From: Dehalococcoidia bacterium UBA2979
GTDB taxonomy: Bacteria > Chloroflexota > Dehalococcoidia > UBA2979
NCBI GenBank assembly: GCA_002348225.1
Contig: DEAP01000008.1
Span: forward strand, 1 to 57,161
Length of the DNA: 57,161 nt
Direction: 5' to 3'
Shown here piece by piece: positions 46,047-55,994 of this stretch (position 1 is the first letter of the stretch; each line of letters begins with the position of its first letter). The notes below the pieces were generated by a model. The model saw nothing but the letters and a program-made list of their open reading frames with translations, made no database searches and was not told the origin of the DNA. The position numbers and the translations under genes were made by a program.

Positions 46047-46781
46047 CTATTTGGTTAACCATAGGAAGAATTCCCTGTTCCCGGCTGCTCCAGTTATGGG
46101 TGATCTGATCACACCCCTCACTCGGGCTCCAAGTTCTATAGCGCTCTTACCAACTTTAGAAACTGTCCTCGCATGTATTTCAGGATCGAATATCAAGCCG
46201 CCTTTCTTAACATCACTTCTCTCAGCTTCGAACTGAGGCTTCACCAGAACTAATAAATCCATATTTTTGCTTATCGAGTCAAAAACCGAAGGTAGGAGTT
46301 TTGTGACGGAAATAAATGATACGTCCATCACAACAAGATCAATCTCTGAGGGCAATTCAGGCAATTCGCGAGCGTTTGTACGTTCAAATAGCGTTAGCCG
46401 AGAATCTGTTCGTAGCTTCGTATCTATTTCACCATAGGCTACATCAATGCCGATCACCCGTTTGGCTCCAGACTGAAGTAAACAATCTGTGAATCCTCCC
46501 GTGGAAATACCTACATCGAGGCATACTCTATCCATCACAGAAATCTCAGTTCGCTCTAGAGCGTACGCTAGTTTCTTGCCACCACGCGAAACGAATTGAG
46601 GCTTCTTGATGAGGTCAATTGTGGCTTCACGGGAGACCCGTATACTTGGGTGAGTTACCACAGCCCCATTAACCTCCACCCCGCGCGCGAGTATCAAGGC
46701 TTGTGCCTTCTCTCGACTAGGCACGAGAGATAAGGCAACCAACAACTGGTCTATACGAGCGAGATTTTGTTGTTTCTTCAA
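46047..46781 (-). CDS. tlyA: TlyA-family rRNA 2'-O-methyltransferase (hemolysin A-like)
   Basis: N-terminal S4-like segment RIDQLLVALSLVPSREKAQALI. FtsJ-type SAM motif CLDVGISTGGFTDCLLQSGA. Confidence 0.88.
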   Translation of the reverse strand: MKKQQNLARIDQLLVALSLVPSREKAQALILARGVEVNGAVVTHPSIRVSREATIDLIKKPQFVSRGGKKLAYALERTEISVMDRVCLDVGISTGGFTDCLLQSGAKRVIGIDVAYGEIDTKLRTDSRLTLFERTNARELPELPSEIDLVVMDVSFISVTKLLPSVFDSISKNMDLLVLVKPQFEAERSDVKKGGLIFDPEIHARTVSKVGKSAIELGARVRGVIRSPITGAAGNREFFLWLTK

Positions 46782-46790
46782 TTGAGAACA

Positions 46791-48110
46791 CTACGCAGAT
46801 TTTGACTCGTCAGAAGATATTTCGGCGTCAGATGCTGTCAACAGTAATGGACGTTGGCCGCTCGTTATGGTCTCGGCCGTCACTATACACTTGCGAATAT
46901 CGCTCCTTGCCGGTATCTCAAACATTGTGTCCAGTAACACTTGCTCGAGCACCGTTCGCAATCCTCTGGCTCCAGTTTGTTGAGCGAGCGCTTTATCAGC
47001 AATTGCTTCAAGTCCATCACCCGTAACCTGCAATTCAACACCATCAATTTCAAACATATGTTGAAATTGTTTTAAAACGGCGTTCTTCGGTTCAGTGAGT
47101 ATATTTGTCATCATTTCGATAGTCAGTGGGTCTAACGTAGAAATAACTGGAAGGCGTCCAACAAACTCCGGAATTAAACCATACTGCAGAAGATCATCAT
47201 GTGTAACGTTCTGCAGAATTTCTGCACGTTTCTTCTCTATTTCGATGTGGGAATCCCGAGACACGTCGAATCCAATGGGGCGGTTACCTAGACCTTCGCG
47301 CCGACCAATCACATCTTCAAGGCCTTCGAAGGCTCCTCCACAAATGAATAGTACATTTGATGTATCAAACTGCAAAAACTCCTGATGTGGGTGTTTTCGG
47401 CCACCTTGTGGCGGAACTGATGCCACAACACCTTCTATGATCTTCAAAAGGGCCTGCTGAACCCCCTCTCCTGAAACATCACGGGTTATGGATGGATTGT
47501 CCGTTTTCCTGCTTACTTTATCGATTTCATCTATATAAATGATCCCTTTTTCAGCGCGGGCCATATCGAAGTCGGCTGCTTCGAGAAGTCGGAGCAGAAT
47601 ATTCTCAACATCCTCCCCCACATAGCCGGCCTCAGTAAGCGCGGTAGCATCCGCAATAGAAAATGGTACTTCTAAGATCCGTGCCAGTGTTCTGGCAAAC
47701 TCTGTTTTACCGGTACCCGTGCCTCCAATCAGCAGAATATTCGACTTGTCGAGTTCAATCTCAGTGCGCCACTTTACATCTATCCGCTTGTAATGGTTGT
47801 AAACCGCAACGGCTAACATCCTCTTCGTGCGGTCCTGGCCCACAATAAAGTCGTCTAGAACAGAAACAATATCCTGAGGAATCCAACTAAATTCCGCCTC
47901 TTGTTCCTCCTGCACAGGTTCGTTCGTGGAATTAGGTGACTCCTCTTCGTTAATAATGTCCTGGCATAGTTTCACGCATTCATTGCATATATACACCGAA
48001 CCGGGGCCGGCTATCAGTCGATTGACCTGATCCTGGTTCTTCCCACAGAATGAACAATGGTACTGGGTTCTACCAGGTTTCCCACCGGAATTAGTAGTCA
48101 TACCGCTCAC
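46791..48110 (-). CDS. clpX: ATP-dependent Clp protease ATP-binding subunit ClpX
   Basis: Zinc-binding domain CSFCGK...CNEC. Walker [12 protein letters not shown]-loop region and sensor motifs. The start is GTG 48110 or ATG 48101. Confidence 0.96.
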   Translation of the reverse strand: MSGMTTNSGGKPGRTQYHCSFCGKNQDQVNRLIAGPGSVYICNECVKLCQDIINEEESPNSTNEPVQEEQEAEFSWIPQDIVSVLDDFIVGQDRTKRMLAVAVYNHYKRIDVKWRTEIELDKSNILLIGGTGTGKTEFARTLARILEVPFSIADATALTEAGYVGEDVENILLRLLEAADFDMARAEKGIIYIDEIDKVSRKTDNPSITRDVSGEGVQQALLKIIEGVVASVPPQGGRKHPHQEFLQFDTSNVLFICGGAFEGLEDVIGRREGLGNRPIGFDVSRDSHIEIEKKRAEILQNVTHDDLLQYGLIPEFVGRLPVISTLDPLTIEMMTNILTEPKNAVLKQFQHMFEIDGVELQVTGDGLEAIADKALAQQTGARGLRTVLEQVLLDTMFEIPARSDIRKCIVTAETITSGQRPLLLTASDAEISSDESKSA

Positions 48111-48197
48111 CGTTCCTAGTGCCTGAGAACACCGGACTGCAAAAAAGGTAACGCATAAGACTCGAAGTAGTTACCGAGTGATCTAAGTTAGATCCAA

Positions 48198-48839
48198 TTA
48201 GTCGTCAGATTTTTGGAGCAATTCATCAACTAGACCATACTCTTTCGCCTCATCAGCCGAAAGATAGATATCTCTGTCAGTATCTTGCTTAATCCTATCC
48301 ATTGACTGGCCTGTAGCATCGGCAAGTATCTGACGGATCTTTTCGTTGTTACGGATTAGTTCTTTTGCCTGGATTTCCACATCAGAAGCCTGTCCAGAAC
48401 CACCGCCTAGGGCCTGATGCATATGTATTGTTGAGTTTGGCAGAGCAAATCGCTTACCTTTCTCACCGGCTGAAAGGAGGACAGTCCCCATAGAAGCCGT
48501 TACTCCGACGGCAATCGTACTAACATCCGCTCTGATCAAGTTCATCGTATCGTAGATGGCGAGACCAGCGTAGATCATGCCACCTGGAGAATTAATATAA
48601 ATAGAGATATCGCGGTCCGGTTCTTCTCTTTCTAGAAACAACAGCTGTGCCACTATCGTATTTGCAACCTGGTCGTCAATGGCGGTACCTAAGAAAATTA
48701 TTCTTTCTTTGAGTAAAAGAGAATAGATATCGTACGCTCTCTCTCCTCTGGCTGTCTGTTCAACTACCATCGGCACGATGTTTTTTGCAGTCAAAAAACC
48801 CTCCGAAAAGTCTGACTCACGAGGCGCTTGGTAACTCAT
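48198..48839 (-). CDS. clpP: ATP-dependent Clp protease proteolytic subunit
   Basis: [16 protein letters not shown], the catalytic Ser context ([12 protein letters not shown]) and the IHMHQALGG His context. ATG 48839 is preceded by GGAG 8 nt upstream (the track start is GTG 48848). Confidence 0.96.
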   Translation of the reverse strand: MSYQAPRESDFSEGFLTAKNIVPMVVEQTARGERAYDIYSLLLKERIIFLGTAIDDQVANTIVAQLLFLEREEPDRDISIYINSPGGMIYAGLAIYDTMNLIRADVSTIAVGVTASMGTVLLSAGEKGKRFALPNSTIHMHQALGGGSGQASDVEIQAKELIRNNEKIRQILADATGQSMDRIKQDTDRDIYLSADEAKEYGLVDELLQKSDD

Positions 48840-48937
48840 ATATATCACTCCAACTCGTTTTAATAAATTCTATCATTTGCAAACCTTGAGAGCTAAGTTC
48901 ATCAATGGCCACTCAACTCTGGCTGCACCAGAGGTCT

Positions 48938-50389
48938 CTATTCAACCTCAGTCTCATCTGCTGTTTCGTCCGCAGAATCGGCCTTCTTTCGTCGCGACCC
49001 CCTGCGGGATTTAGAGACTGGCTCACTTGATTCTTCATCATCTGGACCATCATCTATTTCTTGAGTACAGATGTCCTCAAGCTTCCGGAGTGACGCATCG
49101 ATCACCTGCTGACTAGCGAGTGTCCGTCGGTAATCAGGTGTGTCAATCAATTGTCTGGCTTGTACTTCCAAGGCCTCTTGTCCCTGTGTTATTGATTCAA
49201 TGGCGGCATCCACCTGTTCGTCTATTGCTTCCGCGTCAACTTCAATCGACTCAGCAGTCGACAGTTCACTTAGAACAAGTTCTCTCCTAAGGCTCAGAAC
49301 AGCATTGTCACGCAGTGAATCCCTCACCTCTGACTCTGATTGACCAATAGATTCCAGCCACTGCTGCTTACCCTCTTCAGTATGAGAGGCATGGTTTGAT
49401 TCGCGGTCGATCATCTGGTCTATGGCACGCTCAACCATCACATTCGGATATTCGAGGGTAGACGACGCAAGGAGCAAATCCAATATTTCTTCTCTATAGT
49501 CAGCCTGCACCCGCGCGTCAATATTCTCTTGTAACTGTTTCTCTAGGCTTTGCTGTAGCTCTGACACCGTATTGATACCCTCTTCATCGAGAGAAACCAC
49601 AAAATCATCATCCAAATCAGGAAGTATCTCATTTTTTACTTCTTTAATATCAATGGAAATTTTTGCTAGTCGCCCTCGTATCGTATCTGGTAGTTCCGGT
49701 GCTTCCAGTTCATACTCTACCGTCTGAGTAGTCTCACTCGCCTCAAGTCCAATTAGCCTTTCCGCTAGTCCTGGCATCAGAGCGATTTCATTCTCTCTCA
49801 CCGGAAATTCGGAATCTTCCTCACTTTGATCGATAGCCTCGTCATTGGTTCCTGACTCATTAACCCTTTCCGGTATTTCAATACGAACATCAGCTCGTAT
49901 GAAATCATTCCACTCCACTGCACGCTCCACTGGCTCTAATACAGCAAAACGCCTTTGGACATTGAGGATTGCTTCATCGACTTGTTCTGCAGTCACCGAT
50001 ACTTCATTTTTGGGTGCACGTAAAGATTGGTAACTGCCAAGATCCACCGTGGGGCTGACAGGCATTTTCGCCACAATCACCAAGGGTTCTCTAGACTTTA
50101 AGTCTACGTCCTCAGCTGGACCAACAATATCGATGCCTTCTTCGGTGACAGCTTCCTCCATCACCACGGGAAGCAGGTCGTCAATAGCGGTAGCAAATAC
50201 CTGCTCTTCACCCACGAATGCTTCTACTGCCTTGCGGGGCGCCTTGCCAGGTCGGAACCCTTTTATCTTGACTTGCTGTGAGATCTTTTTCACAGCCCGC
50301 TCGACTGATTTCTCTACACGCTCTGGCTCAACTTCAATTTCGAGTGACACTAAAGAGTCTGGAAGACGTTCAGTGGTTATGGTTACCAT
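48938..50389 (-). CDS. tig: trigger factor, with a roughly 50-aa charged C-terminal extension
   Basis: Ribosome-binding signature GFRPGKAP. Domain order is consistent with trigger factor. The start is ATG 50389 (MVTITTE) or TTG 50401. Confidence 0.9.
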   Translation of the reverse strand: MVTITTERLPDSLVSLEIEVEPERVEKSVERAVKKISQQVKIKGFRPGKAPRKAVEAFVGEEQVFATAIDDLLPVVMEEAVTEEGIDIVGPAEDVDLKSREPLVIVAKMPVSPTVDLGSYQSLRAPKNEVSVTAEQVDEAILNVQRRFAVLEPVERAVEWNDFIRADVRIEIPERVNESGTNDEAIDQSEEDSEFPVRENEIALMPGLAERLIGLEASETTQTVEYELEAPELPDTIRGRLAKISIDIKEVKNEILPDLDDDFVVSLDEEGINTVSELQQSLEKQLQENIDARVQADYREEILDLLLASSTLEYPNVMVERAIDQMIDRESNHASHTEEGKQQWLESIGQSESEVRDSLRDNAVLSLRRELVLSELSTAESIEVDAEAIDEQVDAAIESITQGQEALEVQARQLIDTPDYRRTLASQQVIDASLRKLEDICTQEIDDGPDDEESSEPVSKSRRGSRRKKADSADETADETEVE

Positions 50390-50412
50390 AATTCTATCCA
50401 ATTTCTACTTTC

Positions 50413-50439
50413 AAAATAAATCCGCCTACAAGGAGACGG
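50413..50439 (-). terminator. weak hairpin with a U-rich tract after the ABC permease operon
   Basis: On the minus strand, CCGTCT-CCTTGT-AGGCGG forms a 6-bp stem including one G-U pair. It is followed by ATTTATTTT. Confidence 0.3.
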
Positions 50440-50473
50440 AAATTTATCCTACCACAGGCGACTTCAACGGAAT

Positions 50474-51430
50474 TCAGTCCCCTCGAAATGCATCGTTAAT
50501 CGCATCACCTAACAGTACAAAGCAAAACAACAACAGGGTTACTACTGTCCCCGGTACCAGCAGTAAGTGCGGATAGGCACGAACAGTTCGAGCACCACTA
50601 CCCTCATAAAGTAGAGCTCCGAAAGAAGGCATCGGGGGTTGAACTCCGACTCCTACCCATGTCAGAACGAGTTCGCTTCCTGCTATTCCAGCTAGTGTCG
50701 AAGAAATTCCCAGTATCACCAAGAAAGCGACATTTGGGAAAATATGTTGACGCAAAATTCGAACGGGTGAAGCACCGAGCGCCTGGGCAGCAGTCACATA
50801 GTCAAGCTCCCGTATTGATAGAACTTGAGCTCTAATTAGCCTCATTGAACCTACCCAGAAAAACAGCGAAAGAGTCCCAAATACCAAGAAGTACGAATAG
50901 GCCCCTGTAGAAATAAAGCCATCTATACCAGACCAATCTTCAAATCTCCTGACGACACCCCTAAGTCTGTCATCAAGCGTCGAGTTAATCAAAATCATCA
51001 TTAAAAGAGCTGGGAGACTTGATAAAATCTCACCTATCCTAGAAATAATCGTATCGAGCCAACGCCCAAAATAACCGGCAACAATCCCTAAAAACGGACC
51101 TAGAAAGAGACCTCCCGTTAGGACAGTAACCACGGTGATAATCACTGTTGTTCGAATCGAATACATCGTACGAGTGAGTAAGTCGCGACCTAACCTGTCG
51201 GTGCCAAGTAAATAATCTTCGAAGCCAGGTCCACGAAGTGCATTGTTTAGTTCTGTCTCTCGATAGTCGAACGGTGCGAGTACTGGCGCAAGAATACCTA
51301 CGCAGAACAAAATTATGATGATCGCAGCAGATATCATTCCTAATTTTTTAGCTGCTAATCTCCTGAGGAATATCCCCGTCATGCTTGTTGAAGGCCGCTC
51401 GTTAGCCAAGGTCTTTTGAACTGCTGTCAC
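50474..51430 (-). CDS. Opp/Dpp-type ABC transporter permease (C-type)
   Basis: 318 aa, polytopic. EAA-like loop ELDYVTAAQALGASPVRILRQHIFPN. Confidence 0.9.
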   Translation of the reverse strand: MTAVQKTLANERPSTSMTGIFLRRLAAKKLGMISAAIIIILFCVGILAPVLAPFDYRETELNNALRGPGFEDYLLGTDRLGRDLLTRTMYSIRTTVIITVVTVLTGGLFLGPFLGIVAGYFGRWLDTIISRIGEILSSLPALLMMILINSTLDDRLRGVVRRFEDWSGIDGFISTGAYSYFLVFGTLSLFFWVGSMRLIRAQVLSIRELDYVTAAQALGASPVRILRQHIFPNVAFLVILGISSTLAGIAGSELVLTWVGVGVQPPMPSFGALLYEGSGARTVRAYPHLLLVPGTVVTLLLFCFVLLGDAINDAFRGD

Positions 51431-52407
51431 TATGAATTACCCGTCTTAATACGTGGATCCACAAGTGAGTAGGCCAAATCTGCTATCAAATTCATAATGA
51501 TGAACGCGCTAGCATAGATAACGGTTAAGGCTTGGATTGCGTTGTAATCTCGACTTCCAATCGCCTGAAACAAAAATGAGCCTATTCCAGGTATCCCTAA
51601 TAAAGTTTCGGCGATGATCGATCCCTCTATTATGCCTGCTAACGAAAACGCAACGATTGTCACCAAGGGTAGAAGTGCATTTCTCAGAACGTGGCGTCTT
51701 TGTATCGTGAATTCGTCTAATCCCTTGGCACGGGCAGTTCTGACATAGTCAGTCCGGTTGATTTCAAGCACACCGGCCCTAACCAATCGAGCTACACCCA
51801 CAAAACCACCTATGGTGTAGGCCGCGAGAGGTATGTAGATATGAGGATCTGGAATGGGTACTGCAAGAATGCCACCAACCCATATGATATCTATCCAACC
51901 ACCCCAACCTCCCACAGGTAAAATCGATAAATTCACGGCAAAAATCCATTGCAGAACAGCGATAACCAGTATCCCCGGGAGAGCCGCACCGAAGAGTAAC
52001 GACAATGTGAGTAATGGATCTAGCCAGCTGCCTCTTAATCGTGCCCCTACCAGTCCAGCAAAAATGCCAACTGGAAAGATGACTGCCAGTGCTGCCAAGC
52101 CTAGTTGTCCTGTAACCCAAAGACGTGGAGCAATCACCTCCCAAGTGCTGAAACCCCTTCGAATATAGCTCTCCCCAAAATCTCCGCGTGCTGCGTCACC
52201 TAGCCATCGTACATATTGAACATATATCGGATCGTTTAGACCTTCCGACTCGCGGATCCTCTCAAGTACTTCAGGGTCTCTTATTTGTCCTGCGATGACA
52301 GAAATCGGATCACCAGGCCCCCATCTAGTCAAATAAAAACTAGCGAACGTAATAATTAATAGTAAAAAGGGTACGATCAGGATTCGACGCAGGGTATATT
52401 GCAGCAT
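51430..52407 (-). CDS. Opp/Dpp-type ABC transporter permease (B-type)
   Basis: 325 aa. MLQYTLRRIL N-terminus and the loop DYVRTARAKGLDEFTIQRRHVLRNAL. Its stop overlaps the next gene's start by 1 nt. Confidence 0.9.
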   Translation of the reverse strand: MLQYTLRRILIVPFLLLIITFASFYLTRWGPGDPISVIAGQIRDPEVLERIRESEGLNDPIYVQYVRWLGDAARGDFGESYIRRGFSTWEVIAPRLWVTGQLGLAALAVIFPVGIFAGLVGARLRGSWLDPLLTLSLLFGAALPGILVIAVLQWIFAVNLSILPVGGWGGWIDIIWVGGILAVPIPDPHIYIPLAAYTIGGFVGVARLVRAGVLEINRTDYVRTARAKGLDEFTIQRRHVLRNALLPLVTIVAFSLAGIIEGSIIAETLLGIPGIGSFLFQAIGSRDYNAIQALTVIYASAFIIMNLIADLAYSLVDPRIKTGNS

Positions 52408-52427
52408 CTAGGAACCCAATAAACTTT

Positions 52428-54092
52428 CTATTCCTCATTCAGCACCACGTACTGGAGGCGCGGTACCGTCATCGGTGGTTCAAACCATGCTTTCACCCTT
52501 TTACCTACCACCACGTGATTACTTCCAAAAAAAGTAGGTATCCACGGCACTGCTTGAATCAGTGCCAGTTCTGCTTCACGGTATTGATTCAAACGTTCTT
52601 CGATTAAAGGATTCGTACGAGCAATTTCTAATAATTCATTTATCGCAGGAGAAGAAAAAGTTGTGTTGTTCTCTTGGCTTTCACCATGTAGTTTGATGTC
52701 CAAGATATTCTCAGGATCGGGATAATCCATTTGCCAACCTAGTGTCCACATCTGTAGAGATCTCGAATCCACCAAATCAAGGAAACTAGCCCAATCTGCC
52801 TGCTTCACTTCTATCTCCAGGCCGAGGATAGTTCGCCATTGTTCGATAAATGCCTGAGTTATAAGTCCTGCTTGCGCCCCACCACCGGTCTCGGTGAATA
52901 TTATCGGAGGCATATCAGTTTTATATGGACTCAGCTCTAATTCCGCTCTTGCTGCATCTGGATCATACGCGTACGTCTTATCCTCATCCGTATATCCATA
53001 TACACCAGGAGGCAATATTCCGGTCGCCGCGATTGCCATTCCATTTAAAGTCACTTCAGCGATTGTTTTTCGATCGATAGATAAAGCCATTGCCCGTCTC
53101 AGATGCTCACAATCAAATGGAGCTTGAGATACATTGAATGCTATATAACTCACTGACATCCCGGGCGAAGCCTGATAAAACTCGTGCAGACTTGATGACG
53201 GGTCTCGAGCTCGCTCAATATCATTCGTGCTTATATAAGCGACATCCAGTTCTTCATTCTCGAAGCGAGTCAGTGCACTCCCACCCGCAAGGTTATAGAC
53301 GGCCCGGCCAACTGATCTAGGCCCTAGATATGAATGCGGATTTTCTTCCAGAACAATGTACTCACCTAACTTCCATTCTTGCAGAAAATATGGGCCAGTC
53401 GCGTTAGGAGATCTCACCCAATTCCGATTAGACTCGATTTGCTCTCTATCGACAACAAAAGCTGACGGATAGGTTAACTTCGCGAGGAAATATGGTTTCG
53501 GGCTATCAATGGTTATTTGAATCGTTTTCTCGTCGATTGCTTGCACACCGCTGAAGTTGGGTTTTAGACCGTAGTAATACTCACGCATACCTACAATATC
53601 TTTCAGATATTCCAAGGCCACTGTTGATCGTAGCTCCGGGGAAGCCGCCCTCTTGAGAGACCAAACCACGTCCTCCGATGTCACGGAAGTACCATCATGA
53701 AATTTGGCGTTCGGCCTCAGCACGAAGGTATAAATCATACCGTCAGGGCTTATTTCGATACTTTCGGCTAAATCCGGGATAACCTCAAGATCTTTATTCA
53801 TAGTCACAAGCCCACTGTATATCTCAACAATATACTCGCCTGATGTAGCGTCAGTAGCGAGGTGGGGATCCATAGTTACAGGTTCGCCACCGATCAGTCT
53901 AATTTCTCGAGAAGCTGCAGCAGAGTCGCCATAAGCAGCTGTATCAGTATTTACCGTTTCTGATCGTGAATCAGTTACTACGGTTTCGTTTTCACCTCCG
54001 CTATACAGCAGTACCGCGCTCAACCCACCGATCACTAAAACTAGAACACCAACAACACCAAGGAGAACTCCAAGAATTTGCTTAGATGTCAT
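52428..54092 (-). CDS. ABC transporter substrate-binding protein, family 5 (peptide/nickel type), membrane-anchored
   Basis: 554 aa. The N-terminal hydrophobic anchor has no lipobox Cys. The family-5 pattern is present (LVTMNKDLEVIPDLAESIEISPDGMIYTFVLRPNAKFHDG). Confidence 0.9.
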   Translation of the reverse strand: MTSKQILGVLLGVVGVLVLVIGGLSAVLLYSGGENETVVTDSRSETVNTDTAAYGDSAAASREIRLIGGEPVTMDPHLATDATSGEYIVEIYSGLVTMNKDLEVIPDLAESIEISPDGMIYTFVLRPNAKFHDGTSVTSEDVVWSLKRAASPELRSTVALEYLKDIVGMREYYYGLKPNFSGVQAIDEKTIQITIDSPKPYFLAKLTYPSAFVVDREQIESNRNWVRSPNATGPYFLQEWKLGEYIVLEENPHSYLGPRSVGRAVYNLAGGSALTRFENEELDVAYISTNDIERARDPSSSLHEFYQASPGMSVSYIAFNVSQAPFDCEHLRRAMALSIDRKTIAEVTLNGMAIAATGILPPGVYGYTDEDKTYAYDPDAARAELELSPYKTDMPPIIFTETGGGAQAGLITQAFIEQWRTILGLEIEVKQADWASFLDLVDSRSLQMWTLGWQMDYPDPENILDIKLHGESQENNTTFSSPAINELLEIARTNPLIEERLNQYREAELALIQAVPWIPTFFGSNHVVVGKRVKAWFEPPMTVPRLQYVVLNEE

Positions 54093-54162
54093 GCTTGCCT
54101 CCTACAGCTAGTATCCACTCTATCTGCAGCACCTCTCCGTTATCAAGGCTCTGATGTGCAGT

Positions 54163-55968
54163 TCAGTCATCTCCAACAGTCTCAATATAAACTTCACTTA
54201 ATTGTCGTTTACTAACTGTAGACGGTGCTCCCATCAACAGATCAGACGCCGATTTCGTTTTCGGGAAAGCAATGACTTCTCGAATATCTTTTTCACCTGC
54301 AAACAGAGCAACTAGACGGTCGACGCCGGGTGCAAATCCTCCATGTGGTGGAGTCCCATATTCGAATGCGTCCAACATGTGTCCAAATTTATCGCGAGCC
54401 TCATCCATCGAAAGGCCTAAGGTCATCAAGATTTTCTCCTGCAGTTCGCGAGAATGAATTCGAATCGAACCCGAGCTCAATTCCCAACCATTGGCGACTA
54501 GATCATAGGCTCTTGACCTCACCGCACCTGGATCAGTATCGAGCAAATCTATATCTTCATCGAACGGAGCTGTAAATAGATGATGCATCGCTGACCATCT
54601 AGACTCTTCCTCATCCCACTCAAACATTGGGAACTCTGTAATAAAGGCGAACACTATCTCCTCTGCTGAGGCCAAATTACGCTGCCCGGCAATATGACGA
54701 CGGAGAGCATCTAGTGTCTTAGAGGTGACTTTATCTTCCCCCACAGCAAGCAGAATCAAGTCTCCTCGCTGCCCCCCTGCTGTGTGAGCAATCGCACTCA
54801 ATTGTTCAAGATCGAAAAATTTGGCCACGGGCGATCTGATATCTTCTTTTGTGAGAGTATTGAGGGCTCCTTCGCCATCAAAACTCATCCAGATCAATCC
54901 GCCTGCACCGTTTTCTTTTGCCAAATCAACCATTTTATCTAAAGCTTTTCGCGGAGTATCGGACCCACCATTTACAAGTATTCCTCTCAGTCTCCCGCCT
55001 TGCGCGACAGCCTCCTCAAACACTCTGAATCCACTATCCCGCGCATGGTCTGTAAAATCTTGAATCTCGAGCCCGTAACGCAAATCCGGTTTATCGGTGC
55101 CAAAACGCTCCATCGATTCCGCATAAGTTATCCTCGGGAAACTATCATTAATCGAAAATTCCTCGCTTACCAACTCTGCTAATTTCAGAAACAATTTCTC
55201 CGTCAAAGTTAAAATGTCATCCTCATCAACAAAAGACATCTCAAAGTCGAGTTGGGTAAATTCAGGTTGGCGATCTGCGCGCAGGTCCTCATCTCGATAA
55301 CATCGCGCGATCTGATAGTAGCGATCAAAACCAGCGACCATTAATAATTGTTTCCACTGCTGTGGGCTCTGGGGAAGAGCGTAAAATTGTCCCTGGTGAA
55401 CCCTGCTTGGGACCAAGTAATCTCTGGCTCCTTCTGGAGTCGCTAGGCCAAGCACAGGGGTCTCAATTTCCACAAAGTCGTTAGCATCCATGTACGAACG
55501 TATTGCTTTGATCACATTGTGCCGTAATTTCAAATTGCGGTTCATTCTTTCTCTTCGGAGATCGAGGTAGCGGTACTGGAGTCGCAGTGACTCTTCAACG
55601 TTGTCTTCCTGATTGATAGGGAATGGGGGAGTTAACGATTTATTGAGGACAAGGATGGAATCTGCCTTCACTTCTATTGAACCAGTGGAAAGCGTCTCGT
55701 TTTCTGAACCTTCCTGTCGCTTAACAACAGTGCCAGTCACCTGAACAACATATTCCGCCCTTACTTCGTTAGCGATCTCATAAGCCTCCTGATTTTCATC
55801 GGGATTGAACACAATTTGGATCATCCCAGAAGAATCTCTGAGGTCGACAAACAATAAATGACCGTGATCTCGCCTCCTATTCACCCAGCCTACGACCGTT
55901 ACTCTCGATTCCGAGTGACGTTCATTTAGATTTCCACACTGATGAGTTCGAAACGATGTTTCTTCCAT
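54163..55968 (-). CDS. aspS: aspartate--tRNA ligase (bacterial type with insertion domain)
   Basis: 601 aa. OB-fold N-terminus (VTVVGWVNRRRDHGHLLFVDLRD). Class II motifs FYALPQSPQ, CYRDEDLRADRQPEFTQLD and GFAPGVDRL. Confidence 0.95.
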   Translation of the reverse strand: MEETSFRTHQCGNLNERHSESRVTVVGWVNRRRDHGHLLFVDLRDSSGMIQIVFNPDENQEAYEIANEVRAEYVVQVTGTVVKRQEGSENETLSTGSIEVKADSILVLNKSLTPPFPINQEDNVEESLRLQYRYLDLRRERMNRNLKLRHNVIKAIRSYMDANDFVEIETPVLGLATPEGARDYLVPSRVHQGQFYALPQSPQQWKQLLMVAGFDRYYQIARCYRDEDLRADRQPEFTQLDFEMSFVDEDDILTLTEKLFLKLAELVSEEFSINDSFPRITYAESMERFGTDKPDLRYGLEIQDFTDHARDSGFRVFEEAVAQGGRLRGILVNGGSDTPRKALDKMVDLAKENGAGGLIWMSFDGEGALNTLTKEDIRSPVAKFFDLEQLSAIAHTAGGQRGDLILLAVGEDKVTSKTLDALRRHIAGQRNLASAEEIVFAFITEFPMFEWDEEESRWSAMHHLFTAPFDEDIDLLDTDPGAVRSRAYDLVANGWELSSGSIRIHSRELQEKILMTLGLSMDEARDKFGHMLDAFEYGTPPHGGFAPGVDRLVALFAGEKDIREVIAFPKTKSASDLLMGAPSTVSKRQLSEVYIETVGDD

Positions 55969-55994
55969 AATTTGGCCTGCAAATCCTCCTACTT

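Noticed and set aside
2294-50473. The 48 kb between the Opp permease genes and the Opp ATPase genes as one large insertion or mobile element.
   Set aside because: The content is essential housekeeping (aaRS genes, ribosomal proteins, TCA cycle, Clp, trigger factor) with no mobility genes. A chromosomal rearrangement or independent loci are far more plausible.
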